Shown in pieces: positions 47,940-60,324 of a DNA stretch of 64,000 nt. The position numbers were made by a program, and so were the translations under genes. Under the pieces are notes generated by a model that did not search any database, was not told the DNA's origin, and saw nothing but the letters and a program-made list of their open reading frames with translations. Source of the DNA: Alloascoidea hylecoeti (Eukaryota); contig BCKZ01000027.1 of assembly GCA_001600815.1 (NCBI GenBank), positions 168,000-231,999 of the forward strand, written 5' to 3'. The first letter of the stretch is position 1, and the number at the start of each line of letters is the position of its first letter.

Positions 47940-49751
47940 ATGACTAGTATTAAACAATCATCATCAAAACCTCGTGGAAGACCATCTAAAAGAAATTCTT
48001 CTTCTATAAACAATGATAGTGCAAATGAAACAACAAAACCTAAAAGAGTTTTAAAGGGTGTTACTGCTGGTGTTAAAAAGTATACAAAGAACTCCAAAAT
48101 ACAAAAACATACATCATCAAAAGTATCACCAAATAAATCTATTAAGAAATTAAAAAGTGATATTGAACATCCATTAAAACGTAGTTCTTCTAAAAAAAGA
48201 GGGAAAAAAACTTCTCTTACAACAGCTGCCTCTGCCGAAAAAAGAATATCTTCCCATAGAGCTGCGAGATCTAGTTCGAAAATTAATAAGCCTGAAATAA
48301 ATCAAATCCCAAATCTTAAAACTGAAAAACTTCATGTTTTTTCTTTTGGAACGGGTTCTATGTGTGAACTTGGATTAGGACCAGAAGCAAATGCAAAAGA
48401 GGTTAAAAGACCTCGTTTGAATAAATTCTTACCTAGGGAATCTGTTGGTATTGTGGAACTTACGGCCGGTGGTGCTCATGGATTGGCAATCGATTATAAT
48501 GGTAAAGTATGGTCATGGGGTGGTAATGATCATGGAGTACTTGGTCGAGATACAAATAAAGAAGGTGGTGAAATATTAAGAGATATTGATGATATTGATA
48601 GCGATGATAGTGATGATGAAGGAACTTTAAATCCATACGAGTCAACTCCAGCAAAAGTTGAAGGATTACCTGAAAATGTAAAAATTGTTCAGGTAGTAGG
48701 AACTGATAATTTATCAGTCGCCTTAACTTCTGAAGGTGATGTTTATGGTTGGGGTACTTTTAGATGTAACGAAGGAATAATGGGATTTAGTGAAGAAACA
48801 CTTTGTCAAAGAAATCCAATTTTGATACCACATTTATCAAATATTGCCCAATTAGCTGCTGGTAAAGATCATATTTTAGCTTTAACAACATATGGTACTG
48901 TTTTTGCATGGGGAAATGGTCAGCAATTTCAACTAGGAAGAAGAGTTATGGAAAGAACTCGATTACAAACGTTAACACCAAGAGAATTTGGTTTAAAAAA
49001 TATTAAATTTGTTGGATCTGGTGAATTTCATTCATTTGCAATTGATAATGATGGACGTGTAATGTCTTGGGGTTTAAACCAGTTCGGTCAATGTGGTATA
49101 CCCATTGACATCAAAGACAACGCCGTTATTACTTCACCTACTTATATTGATGATTTAGATGGTAAAAATATTGTTGCTATTACTGGAGGTGAACATCATT
49201 CAGTTGCTTTGTCTAAAGATGGTGAATTATATGTTTTTGGTAGAATAGATTCATATGAAGTTGGGATTGCAAAAAGTGATATTCCAGATCTAGAAACTAT
49301 TGTTAAAGATCCAATGGGAAGAGTTCGAGCTATTCCAGTTCCTACAAAATTAAATAATGTTCCAAAATTTAGAGCAGTCTCTTGTGGGAGTCATCACACT
49401 TTAGCAATTTCTGATGAAGATGGTTCCGTATGGAGTTGGGGATTTGGTGAAAGTTATCAGCTTGGACAAGGTCCACCCGGTGATGATATTGAAGTTCCAA
49501 CAAAAATAAGTAATAAGGCTACTACCGATGTGATTATGAGGTTTGTTAGTGCCGGTGGACAATTCAGTGTCATTGGTGGTGTTCCTAGCTCTGATATTAC
49601 ACCAATAGAATCTAAGAAAGGATTGCCCCTTCCTAGTAATGAAAATGGAAATGGCAATGGCAATGGAAATGGCAATGGAAATGGTGATTTAAATACTAGT
49701 GCCAATGAAATGGAGGTCGACAGAAGTAGTTTTACACAACCTAATGAATAA
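47940..49751 (+). CDS. SRM1: RCC1 Ran guanine-nucleotide exchange factor
   Basis: Basic N-tail, FGTGSMCELGLG, repeated RCC1 blades (VWSWGGNDHGVLGR, WGNGQQFQLGR); first ATG at 47940. Confidence 0.92.
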   Translation: MTSIKQSSSKPRGRPSKRNSSSINNDSANETTKPKRVLKGVTAGVKKYTKNSKIQKHTSSKVSPNKSIKKLKSDIEHPLKRSSSKKRGKKTSLTTAASAEKRISSHRAARSSSKINKPEINQIPNLKTEKLHVFSFGTGSMCELGLGPEANAKEVKRPRLNKFLPRESVGIVELTAGGAHGLAIDYNGKVWSWGGNDHGVLGRDTNKEGGEILRDIDDIDSDDSDDEGTLNPYESTPAKVEGLPENVKIVQVVGTDNLSVALTSEGDVYGWGTFRCNEGIMGFSEETLCQRNPILIPHLSNIAQLAAGKDHILALTTYGTVFAWGNGQQFQLGRRVMERTRLQTLTPREFGLKNIKFVGSGEFHSFAIDNDGRVMSWGLNQFGQCGIPIDIKDNAVITSPTYIDDLDGKNIVAITGGEHHSVALSKDGELYVFGRIDSYEVGIAKSDIPDLETIVKDPMGRVRAIPVPTKLNNVPKFRAVSCGSHHTLAISDEDGSVWSWGFGESYQLGQGPPGDDIEVPTKISNKATTDVIMRFVSAGGQFSVIGGVPSSDITPIESKKGLPLPSNENGNGNGNGNGNGNGDLNTSANEMEVDRSSFTQPNE

Positions 49752-49953
49752 AAAAGTTGCATTATAACATTAATAAACATTTGTTTTTATTTTTCATATC
49801 ATTAATATTCTTATGTATAAATTTGAATGACTTTTGAACTTTTAAAATATCTATATATTAATCGTATTATAGTACTACATTTTCCTATTTTCCTATTATA
49901 TATTTTTATATTTATAATCATAAAATGTAAGTAATTAACCTTATATATTGTCT

Positions 49954-50810
49954 TCATTTATTAGATGTTTTTGATATTAGGCTAAAAGCTTTTGATTGTT
50001 CACAAATGTTCCCAAGAGTCAGTTTTAATTGTTCGAAATCAGTTATTTGACTATTTAAATCTAAGGTATTTTGTACCTAAAATTTTAAAATTTTATAGTT
50101 AGTTATTAACTTCTGTGATTGTGATTGTGATTGTGATTGTGACATATACTTACTGAATGAAGACTTTCTGCGGCAGATATAAGTTTATAATAATTGTTAT
50201 AAACCAATGCTTTTTGTTCACTATCCAATGTTCTAACCTCTAAATAAAAGATAAACAATTTAATGTTAAATATTAAATTTATGAAAGAAAAAGAAGCGAA
50301 TTGGATTTTACCTCGATAAAGTTTATTTTCTTCCTTCAAGATATCTTGCATTTTTTTAGTCTCCAATAATTCCTGAACATATTTAACTTCATCAAAATCC
50401 TTTTTTTCATAAAATTCTTCATCTTTGGATGATTTTTTTGGATTTGTGTCTGGTTGAGAAGAAGGATCTTTTGTAATATCATCCAGTTTATAAAATTCCC
50501 TTAAAGCGCTTCTCCTTTTAGAAATATCATCGCCTGTACTAACTACTCGCTTTTGAGTGGTAAACCTTTTTGATAAACCAGTGGGAGAATTCAGGTATGG
50601 CTTGGATGAATCGCTCAAACCTGATAGATTTGGAGAGGAGTGGGGAGAACCACAACTGACTGATCTTCTATTAATATTCTGTGTATTTACTGTTAAGTTG
50701 TTCAATGAAGTTGAAGAAGTGCTAGCTATTTTTATTTTCGGGACAAACCCAGAACCATTAGGAGAAGCGGATTTCCTATATGAAAACCTCTTTCCTTCTT
50801 TGGAGGTCAT
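49954..50810 (-). CDS. VPS51: GARP subunit Vps51, 3 exons (50810-50312, 50239-50154, 50076-49954)
   Basis: RRSALREFYKL; EVRTLDSEQKALVYNNYYKLISA; GT-AG introns (first is 72 nt, in frame; second has an ACTAAC branch). Confidence 0.85.
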
Positions 50811-51551
50811 TTTTGAATATAACTAATTTAAATTTGATGGTTATATTAATTGGTGGGGAGGTATGTGAGCAAATATCATGATGCACATATATGATTGTTT
50901 GGAGGTGATTTATTATAATGAATTGAGACACTCTATATTTATATTCCTTTTGTCCAGCACCATATTTTTATTCATATTAACAGATTCATAAAAAAGGGTT
51001 AATTGAGAATGTTGTCACTAATTTACCTCGTTGGCCGATTTTGAAATAACAGAGAATATATCTGGTCTAGAAGGTCAATATGAGCTGATTACTTTAGCAA
51101 TTGCAATTCCGCAGATGGGAATTTCATGGCCTCTTTGTTTACATGCTAAATGTTGAGGATTTAAACATGAAAGAGGCTAGTTTATGTCTATATATGAAGT
51201 AATATGTAACTAGTATTCCAGTTATAATTGAAGAACCCTTTCTTTAAAGATTTTAAGTCTGTGATCTTATTCCTGCTTGTACATCTGTGGAAGAATACAT
51301 TAAGTATTTAAATATTAATAATTCACCTCATGATCAAAGCCTATTGTTATAAAAATATAATTAATATATAATTAATATAAGATATTAATTTCTCGTTTTC
51401 TTTTTCTTTTCCTTTTTATTTTTTTTAAGAACTTAATCTCATTCTTTCAATTCTAAATTATATGAATATTGATGTTAGTACTTACATTTAATTATCTATA
51501 TAAAATTAACTATAACTAACATCTAAGTATTAATGAAATTAACCATCAAAA

Positions 51552-53501
51552 ATGAATTCAAGAACAAAATATGACATATTCTCCACCTTGTTTCCTCAAG
51601 ATGCTGTATTACCAACAGACAGTGAATCCTTATCTGTAACAGGTGACCCTTTGGTTTCATCTGGAACAGCAGCGGTATATTTGATGTTAGCAGAATCGGT
51701 ACTTTTTCTTCAAGGCTTTGAACAAGTCCGACCAGGGGAAAATACACCTGCTGTTTTAAGAGGATCTATAATTTTAAGATTGTTAAGACCTGAGAAAATA
51801 AAAACAATAACTGCTTCTTTTATTGGTGAAACAGAAACAAATTGGCCAGAAGGAATTCCACCTAAAAGAAAAGAAATCACTGAAAGGAATATTTTAATTA
51901 GTAATAAATGGAAATTCTTTGATATAAAACTTGCTAATTCAGATAATTTAAGAAATGGTGGTGCTTCAATTTATAAATCATTAGAAGAATGTTTTCCTAT
52001 AAATATTAATAATATTAATAATACTAATAATCATCTTCAACCAACTGATATAAATGAATTGAAACGTTCTTCACTTAAAAGTGCTTCAATATCTATTTCA
52101 TCACATTCTCATGGTAGATTAAGATCTTTCACCCATCGCCCATCTATATTTTCTAGAAATAGAACATCAATATCAGGAAGATCAGTTTTTAGTAAAAGTG
52201 GTACAAGTTTAATATCACATAAATCAGATAGTTCAGATGATAATGAATCAATTGCAATTAATCAACATCATAATATAAGAAAAAAAAAATCAAGATCATT
52301 TTCAGTTTCTTCAAGTCCAACAACAAATAATTTCTTTCAGTCAAATATTGATATAAATGATCAAAGTTATCATATTTTTCAACCAGGAGATTATATTTAT
52401 AATTTTGAATTACCACTAGATTCAACTTTACCTGAATCTATTTCATTACCATTTGGTAAAATAAATTATAAATTGAATGTTGAAGTTCAAAGAGCAGGAA
52501 CATTTAAATCAAATATGTCTGGATCAAAAGAAGTTTTATTAGTTAGAACACCATCTGACACATCTGTTGAAGATAGTGAACCAGTAATGGTTATGAAAAA
52601 TTGGGAAAATAGATTAACCTATGATGTTGCAATTGGAGGGAAGTCTTTTGCGATTGGTTCATATATCCCATTAGCTATTAAATTAACACCACTTTCTAAT
52701 GATTTTACATGCTCAAGGATAATGGTTTACATAACAGAACATGTAGAATATTTTTGTAGAAAGAAAAAAGTCCATAGGATAGCACCACAATTGAAAGATG
52801 TCGTTATGGTTCATCATGCACCAAAAGGAAAGTCATTAGCAGGTGATTTAAATGGAATAAAAGAATTAAGTAGTTTAGGAGAAACAAATTCAACTGGTAA
52901 TCATGGTTCATCCGAGTTTGAATTTCAAATATATATTCCAGAAAAATTAAAAGATAAAGGGAAAGTTGTTTTTCATCCACATTTATCAACAAAATATATG
53001 AAAGTTTATCATTGGATTAATATTGTTTTAAGACTTTCTAGAAAAGATGAAAATAATCCACAAAGAACAGCACATCTTGAAGTTGATATTGATTCACCTA
53101 TTCAATTATTATCAAAATATTGTACTAAAGATTCAATTGGATTACCATCATATAACGGTTCAAATCATAATAATAATCAATCATTTAATGTTAATAATTA
53201 TAGTTATTCAGAATCGACAAATATTGAAGTTGAAAATTATTATAGAAATGCTTTTAAAAATTCACATTTAGAAAGTAATATTTATTCACCAAGAATTTCA
53301 GGACCAATTTATAATTATAGAGAAGTTAGGAAAAATAGTAAAGTTGAAGATAATCATGAAGCAGAAAGTGTAAATGTTCCTTTACAAGCTATTCCAATGT
53401 CAAATTTTGAAAGACCAATACATCTACTTCGTCAAGATTCAGCAGGTCCCCCACCATATGATTCAAATACAAGATGTCCACCAAACTATTCAGAGAATTG
53501 A
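51552..53501 (+). CDS. Alpha-arrestin (Aly1/Aly2-like Rsp5 adaptor)
   Basis: LAESVLFLQGF, LRGSIILR, WPEGIPPK, PGDYIYNFEL; C-terminal PPPY and PPNY. Confidence 0.85.
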   Translation: MNSRTKYDIFSTLFPQDAVLPTDSESLSVTGDPLVSSGTAAVYLMLAESVLFLQGFEQVRPGENTPAVLRGSIILRLLRPEKIKTITASFIGETETNWPEGIPPKRKEITERNILISNKWKFFDIKLANSDNLRNGGASIYKSLEECFPININNINNTNNHLQPTDINELKRSSLKSASISISSHSHGRLRSFTHRPSIFSRNRTSISGRSVFSKSGTSLISHKSDSSDDNESIAINQHHNIRKKKSRSFSVSSSPTTNNFFQSNIDINDQSYHIFQPGDYIYNFELPLDSTLPESISLPFGKINYKLNVEVQRAGTFKSNMSGSKEVLLVRTPSDTSVEDSEPVMVMKNWENRLTYDVAIGGKSFAIGSYIPLAIKLTPLSNDFTCSRIMVYITEHVEYFCRKKKVHRIAPQLKDVVMVHHAPKGKSLAGDLNGIKELSSLGETNSTGNHGSSEFEFQIYIPEKLKDKGKVVFHPHLSTKYMKVYHWINIVLRLSRKDENNPQRTAHLEVDIDSPIQLLSKYCTKDSIGLPSYNGSNHNNNQSFNVNNYSYSESTNIEVENYYRNAFKNSHLESNIYSPRISGPIYNYREVRKNSKVEDNHEAESVNVPLQAIPMSNFERPIHLLRQDSAGPPPYDSNTRCPPNYSEN

Positions 53502-55095
53502 AAATCTAAAGGTATTAATGAGACACATTCTACTTCTATGTTTATGTATAGTATAACCTCAAAATATTAATGAACTCGAGATAACAAATTATTCTTGAAG
53601 TAATTTATCAGTTTAATAGTATCACGTGGTGTAATATATTACTAATAATGCTCATAATATATTAGTCATTAATGCTGGTCTTCCACTATTATCCGATTTT
53701 ACAATGATGTCAGAGAAATTGCTTTTTAACATCGGTATTTTATCATGTTTGTATGGGTGTTTTGTTTATCATAATTATGAAAAAGCAGTAGCTTCGGCTT
53801 CGAATTCATGAGGACTCAATTTTCTGTCACAGTGTGTGTCACAAGTATTGATCTCAATTATCACACATTATGGCAGTTCTATGTTGCTATCTCAAAGGAA
53901 TAGTAATATTTCTTTACCGTCGGCTGAAACGGTTACAATATTAATATTAATATTTTTTAAATATAGGCATATTCTTAACGATATGATGTTTAAATTAAAT
54001 TAATTAGAATCAATTAATATTAATTTAAAATATTAACAAATATGTTTATTATTTTACTTCATTGCAATTGGATCTAGATCTAGCGTATACAATACCAAGC
54101 TTATACGCGTGGAAATCTTTGTTCATCAATTGATTCAATTCCCTTTATATTTTTCTAAGGTCCAAAATAAATATCATCGTTAGGTAGATGGCTTGTAATA
54201 TTATCGATATAGTCATCAACAGCAATGTGTTTGGCAGAGTTGTTTTTATGCATTATATTATAAGGTTTCATTAACGCCAGTGGGCTGTTATTTGCTTGAG
54301 CTTGCTAATTGTAGATTTCAAGCTGATAAATCTACCCGGAATATCAACTGAAATTGCATATAAGGGGTGTTGTAGTCATATCAAGCTATATTTTTGCTAT
54401 AAGTATGCAACATACATTATTATTACAATTGAAGCTATGATATCGGACATCTAAATTCAATTGCCGTGCATACATAGGATGACACAAAGTGTATGAATCT
54501 TGAACATAAACTTATGAAAATAGAATAAGTGACAAAAAATCTATTTGCTATTTATCTATGTGATGGCGCTTTTAAAAAGTGTTGATGTTTTATTTTCAAA
54601 TAAGGTACAAAGAGAAGTTTATATGCGGATTTAGTTGTCCGCTACCTTATTACCAATAATAAAATTTTATATAAGTAAGCAATAGAGATCTCGCTAACTC
54701 AGTCCATATAGGTGTCACAGCACAGCTTTTGATATATATACGTTTACCATCCACCAATGGAATCATTCCTTTTAGTAATGCATTGCAAATTTTATTATAG
54801 CTACATTTCCCATAAAAGGATTCTATTTAAAAAGCGTGCCTGCATCTGCATATACATAATACTTCCAATTATTAATAATGGGCATTAAACTTAAGGTTAG
54901 TAATAATGTTGTCTTCTAGAACCATATAACTTATAACTCATGATTATTCCTAATATATGTGAAGTTGTACCCTCTCTTCCTATTTTCAAGGAAATCTAGA
55001 TTTATTTAACAATTCTTTATAAAAGGATTGATTTCCTTCGAACTATAACAAAATTCAACAACTATTACATACAAAAGTATAGCAACACCTTAAAG

Positions 55096-56862
55096 ATGGG
55101 TTCTTCAACCTTTAAATCTATAGCAACATATTGTTGCTTATTTGCATTTGTCTTTTCTAAACAAACTGTTGCTTTTTTCCCAAATCCTTTGGATAATGTT
55201 GCTCAAAATAGTAAAAGAGTATTTGCTGAATCAAATGGCGCTGAATATAAACACCATCCATATGGTTCATTATCAGCTGGTCCAGGAGGTCCATTATTAT
55301 TACAAGATTTTCATCTTATAGATTCTTTAGCTCATTTTGATCGTGAAAGAATTCCAGAACGTGTAGTTCATGCAAAAGGTGGTGGTGCTCATGGTTATTT
55401 TGAATTAACTGATAGTTTATCAGATATTACAATTGCAGAACCATTTCAAACTCCTGGTGCAACTATTTCAATTTCAATGAGGTTTTCAGTTGTTGCTGGT
55501 GAAAGTGGAAGTCCTGATACTTATCGTGATCCACGTGGATTTGCTATTAAATTAAGAACAAATGTTGGTAATTTAGATTGGGTTTTTAATAATACTCCAA
55601 TTTTTTTCATTAGAGATCCAAATAAATTTCCTCATTTTATTCATTCTCAAAAGAGAGATCCAAAAACAAATTTAAATCAACATACCGATTCAACTCAAGT
55701 TTGGGATTATTTTGTTCAAAATATTGAATCAATTCATCAAGTTACTTATTTATTTGGTGATAGAGGTACACCAGCTGATTGGGGTAAAATGAATGGATAT
55801 TCTGGCCATACATTTAAAATGTATAATAGTGATGGTAATTTAACTTATGTTCAAATTCATGTAAAAGCAGATACAGGATTTGTAACTCTTGATGCTGATG
55901 AAGCTGATGAATTAACAAGAACTTCACCCGATTATCATCAAAAAACTTTATATAATAATATTGATGGTGGTAATTTCCCATCATGGACTTTATATATTCA
56001 AACAATGACGCCAGAACAAGCTGAAAATTTCAGATATTCAATTAATGATTTAACAAAAGTTTGGCCTCATAAAGAATTCCCATTAAGAAGATTTGGAAAA
56101 ATGGTACTTAATCAAAATGCTGAAGATTATTTCTCTGAAATTGAACAACTTGCCTTTTCTCCATCTTATTTAATCCCTGGCATTGAAGCTTCAAATGATC
56201 CTGTTTTACAAGCTCGTTTATTTTCTTATCCTGATACACATCGTCATAGACTTGGTACTAATTATCAACAACTACCAGTTAACAGACCAAGAACGTTTGA
56301 TGAAAATGAAGTTAAGAGTGGTGGATGTCCCTTTTTAAGTGGGAATTTTCAACGTGGTGGTGCTTCTACATTTGATAATCAACATGGTGCACCAAATTAT
56401 ATTAATCTTTATAATTCTTGTCCTTATGCAACTAATGGTAAAAAAAATTCAACGACATGTCCACAAGCGTTTCCAAATAACTTTACAGGAGTAGTTATGT
56501 TAGATGATGAAAATCAAGAAATTTATTTACAAAAAATTGAGTCTGAAAGAAATCATGAATTAAAAATTTGGAAAAATTCTTTATATTGGATAAGTGGATT
56601 TGAAGAAAAAGATTTAGAACAACCAAGAAAACTACATGATGTTGTTTTTACACCTGATGCACAAGATAGATTTGTTAATAATATTGTTTCATCTGCTAAA
56701 TCAATTCATGTTCCTGAATTAAAAACAAGAGTTGCTCAATATTGGGGGCTTTTAAATGGTACTTTAGGCCAAAGAGTTGCTGATGGTTTAAACCTTACTG
56801 ATTATAAAACTTTAGATCTCGAAGATTATGCAGATACTGTTGGAAGATCAAGTGCTTATTAA
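55096..56862 (+). CDS. Heme catalase, catalase T-like, with N-terminal signal peptide
   Basis: FDRERIPERVVHAKG active site, RLFSYPDTH heme ligand; hydrophobic N-terminus IATYCCLFAFVFSKQTVA. Confidence 0.92.
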   Translation: MGSSTFKSIATYCCLFAFVFSKQTVAFFPNPLDNVAQNSKRVFAESNGAEYKHHPYGSLSAGPGGPLLLQDFHLIDSLAHFDRERIPERVVHAKGGGAHGYFELTDSLSDITIAEPFQTPGATISISMRFSVVAGESGSPDTYRDPRGFAIKLRTNVGNLDWVFNNTPIFFIRDPNKFPHFIHSQKRDPKTNLNQHTDSTQVWDYFVQNIESIHQVTYLFGDRGTPADWGKMNGYSGHTFKMYNSDGNLTYVQIHVKADTGFVTLDADEADELTRTSPDYHQKTLYNNIDGGNFPSWTLYIQTMTPEQAENFRYSINDLTKVWPHKEFPLRRFGKMVLNQNAEDYFSEIEQLAFSPSYLIPGIEASNDPVLQARLFSYPDTHRHRLGTNYQQLPVNRPRTFDENEVKSGGCPFLSGNFQRGGASTFDNQHGAPNYINLYNSCPYATNGKKNSTTCPQAFPNNFTGVVMLDDENQEIYLQKIESERNHELKIWKNSLYWISGFEEKDLEQPRKLHDVVFTPDAQDRFVNNIVSSAKSIHVPELKTRVAQYWGLLNGTLGQRVADGLNLTDYKTLDLEDYADTVGRSSAY

Positions 56863-59689
56863 TAAATTTCGTGTTATAATATTAGGACCCTTTTTAGTTA
56901 TTTAATGATAAAACCTATAAATACGCGGTTAAACTAAAAATAAAATGATTGCTATTACATATTATTGATCGTAAGAAGTCACTAAGAGCCCTGATTAGCA
57001 TTACATGATATTATTTGTAAGGAACTACTAAGGATTTTATTGGAGCGTCAAAATATCCTTACAAACAGGCGATAGAAAACCGTATGATGTAATTTATCGT
57101 TTGAAATTTGTTAATGTATNGCATGATATGTGGTCAATCATTTTTGTCATGCCTGTATTTCGTTGTATTTTAACTCTCTCTCCTTGGATCAAATCTCATC
57201 AAGAGCTTTAAAAGAGCTGATTTTCTATTCAGTGTGGTCTGTTAAGTTTTTCTGGCTTATTTTATTCGATGGCTTGTTATAGAGTTACTAAGACTAAAGT
57301 GTTTGCTACCCATGTGCTTTATTTATTGCAGCGTTAATTTGGATTATTGCAATTCAATAGATTGTTAAGGAGGAGTCGCCATGAAGAGGGTAAGTAATAT
57401 GCTATGTATACTGTTTTAGAATTTAAGTATATACAATAAAAGGAATTCAAAAGCTATAATTCCAAAGAAACGACTGGGAAATGCAAGAAAACAAAGATTG
57501 AAAGCTAAAGTACTTAACATGATTGAATATCAGGGCTTTCTTTTCGTGTTTAATGATCTTCGTTGGATTTTAAAACTATTTGAGTATTTATTATAACGTC
57601 AAAGTAGACAAATTTCCTACCATTGTTAGCATAAAATTCGTTATTAACGTAAAATCCCCTAAAATGGACCATTATACATGTTGTGGAATAGTTTATCTTT
57701 ACATATATATTTTTTAAAGGAAAACCCCCAATTGAATAGAATTCTTGAATTCAAGATAAGACTTTGGACAATATGTACAGAATTTCAATATTTCAAGTAA
57801 AGAATCTAGCTCTTCAAGATTATCTTTTATAGGCTCATCAAGAATAGAATCTAGTGCTTCACGATTATAAAATATGTGTCTGTATTGCATACGCTGATTA
57901 AGAACAGAATCATTAAATGGCGAGTAATATTCATTCTTGCCATAAACCCACTTAATACATCATTAATGTTAAAATTAGTTCTAATAACCCATATCTTGTT
58001 CTCTATTAACTCCAAAAATTAAATCTTCTTTTGAACTATCAATACAACTTAAATTTCTTTCCTTATTTTAAAGATATATTCTTTATTTTAAAGATATATT
58101 AATTCAATATTATGGGCCCAAGTTGACCTGAGGTTTTTAAAAATGCGTTCAAGTTCAACTGTAGTATTAATTTTATGCTCATAATCAAGAGAAAGTAATT
58201 CATTAGTGAAAAATCTTCACCTTTCCCTATATATTCACTGAAAAGCCAAAAGTTTTATTATATTTCTTTCTCTTGTTATCAATACTTAAATTTGTTGTAT
58301 CAGACTTATCTTTTGAGTCTGAACTTGAATTACTACTATTAATAGCTGGATCATCAAATAAAGCTTTAGGAACTGAATATATAAATTTCTCTATGATTTT
58401 TTTCTTTATATAATGAGTATTGCCCAAAGAATTATGAATGGCAATTGAAACTTAGGTACTTCCATACTTCTAGACGTTATAAAAATAGTCTGCGCCGTAA
58501 TATTTCTGTAGGCATTTCATTCAACCCAGGATAAGCTTATAGGAAATATTAAACTATATAAATAGTGAATAATAGATATTCCTATAATAAAACTTATGGG
58601 CCATTATCTATCTAATAGCTGATCAACTACAAAAATGGCGGTCAATATCGAAAGATTAATATAATTGAAGCATATTACTATTTGTACCCTGTTGTAATTA
58701 CTTTTAATTAATAATTCTAATACCTTCGATATCACTATTTTTGTAATTGACCACCTATTAGCTAATAACTGATAAGTTCTATTAAAGGGAATATCTACTC
58801 TTTATATAGTCTGTTTTTTTAAACCAACCTGTCTAGTATAGGAATCTAGCATAGAAAATTAGCAATAGCAACTCTAATTAATGTTTTATCCCATTCTGTA
58901 TGTTGCATTATATCAAAGACTACATATCACATATGCATGCCTGATATATGTTAGTGCTAGTTTCTACCCCTGTTCTCAGTTATACGCTAAATATTTATGA
59001 ATATATATCCACAAATAATAATATTGCAACCGTTTAAACTGGTGAGATATGCCATCATAGATTTATCGTATTATGTGATATATGAGGTCAATTCCACTTA
59101 ATTTCGGTTATCATCATTTGAATTATATGTTCGGCCAAGGAAGGAATATTTATGCACTAATGTTAGGCCAAATGGATAAGTAATTAACAGCCATGCGACG
59201 GATTAAATTTGGCCATGTGCTTGACTAAATCCCCGGCAACCTCTTGAACTAAGTTATCGAGAACGTCTCTCAAAATTGATTACTTTTTTTATACTATGTC
59301 GTACCTTATAATATTTACAGCCTTTCCATCTATTAGTAGAGCTATTTCTGAAAATGATCAGCGATACGCCTGGGAGTAAATTAGCGATAATTGCCCTAAA
59401 TCTATTAGAGCTCGCTTATTTAGAGTTTCCTAGGTAGATTTGATAGTGTATGGTGTTAGCTTCTTTTCATTAAAGAATCCTCATGATATTTAAGTTTTTT
59501 TTATAATTATTATAATGGTTCTATTAATTTAGATTCTTCAAAAAAGGTCAAAAATGTTTATAATAGTCTGGTAGTACCGGCATCGTTTTCGTTGGCCAGT
59601 ACTCTTGATCAGTCAACTGGACTGGAGGTCATATGGCTTTTTGGCACAACTGGAACGGCACAGTCTCTTTGATAATTTTCACAGCATCT

Positions 59690-59800
59690 CGAAAATTTTC
59701 TATCAACTTTTCCTCTTTATCAAGAAACTTACGATTAACGCGAGATTTTGGCGTGGCTCAGAACAATTCAGGATTTAAATCCGGACCGTAGGGTGGTGTC
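59690..59800 (-). mobile_element. IS630/Tc1-like transposase relic
   Basis: Minus strand PPYGPDLNPELF*ATPKSR resembles PPYSPELNPIELFW. Confidence 0.5.
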
Positions 59801-60324
59801 ACCATTTCTTAAAAGAAACATGCATATAAAACTACCAATTAACAGCTCGTCAATGTCCTCACTAATAATTTATTGAACTTAACGCTAGTTAATTCCTCCT
59901 ACATATGTGCTAATTAATGTCCAAAGATATGGCTAATTATATTCCGAACACGTCAGCAGTTAATTATCTGAGAAGTATCTAATTATTAATCGAAAGGGTC
60001 CCTAACAATGGACTAACAAATATATCTATTTAGCGCTGAATAAATTTCTGCACCTTCACTAATTAATCTCTAAAGTGTGGCTAATGTTTTTACAGCAATA
60101 TCACTAATCAACTCCCGGGGACATTGCTATTAATAGGTGGAAATACTGATATAGGATAGCATTTGGATAGACCTCCAAAAAAGAAAAAGACAGAGTGTAG
60201 TATTATAACCAACCACCAAGTACTTCACAAGGCTTCAAACTGTTATTAATATAGTTCATAATGTTCGAATTCCGTAAATCCTAGAGATTATATTAGTGAA
60301 TATAAAAGAACACCTCAAATCCAA

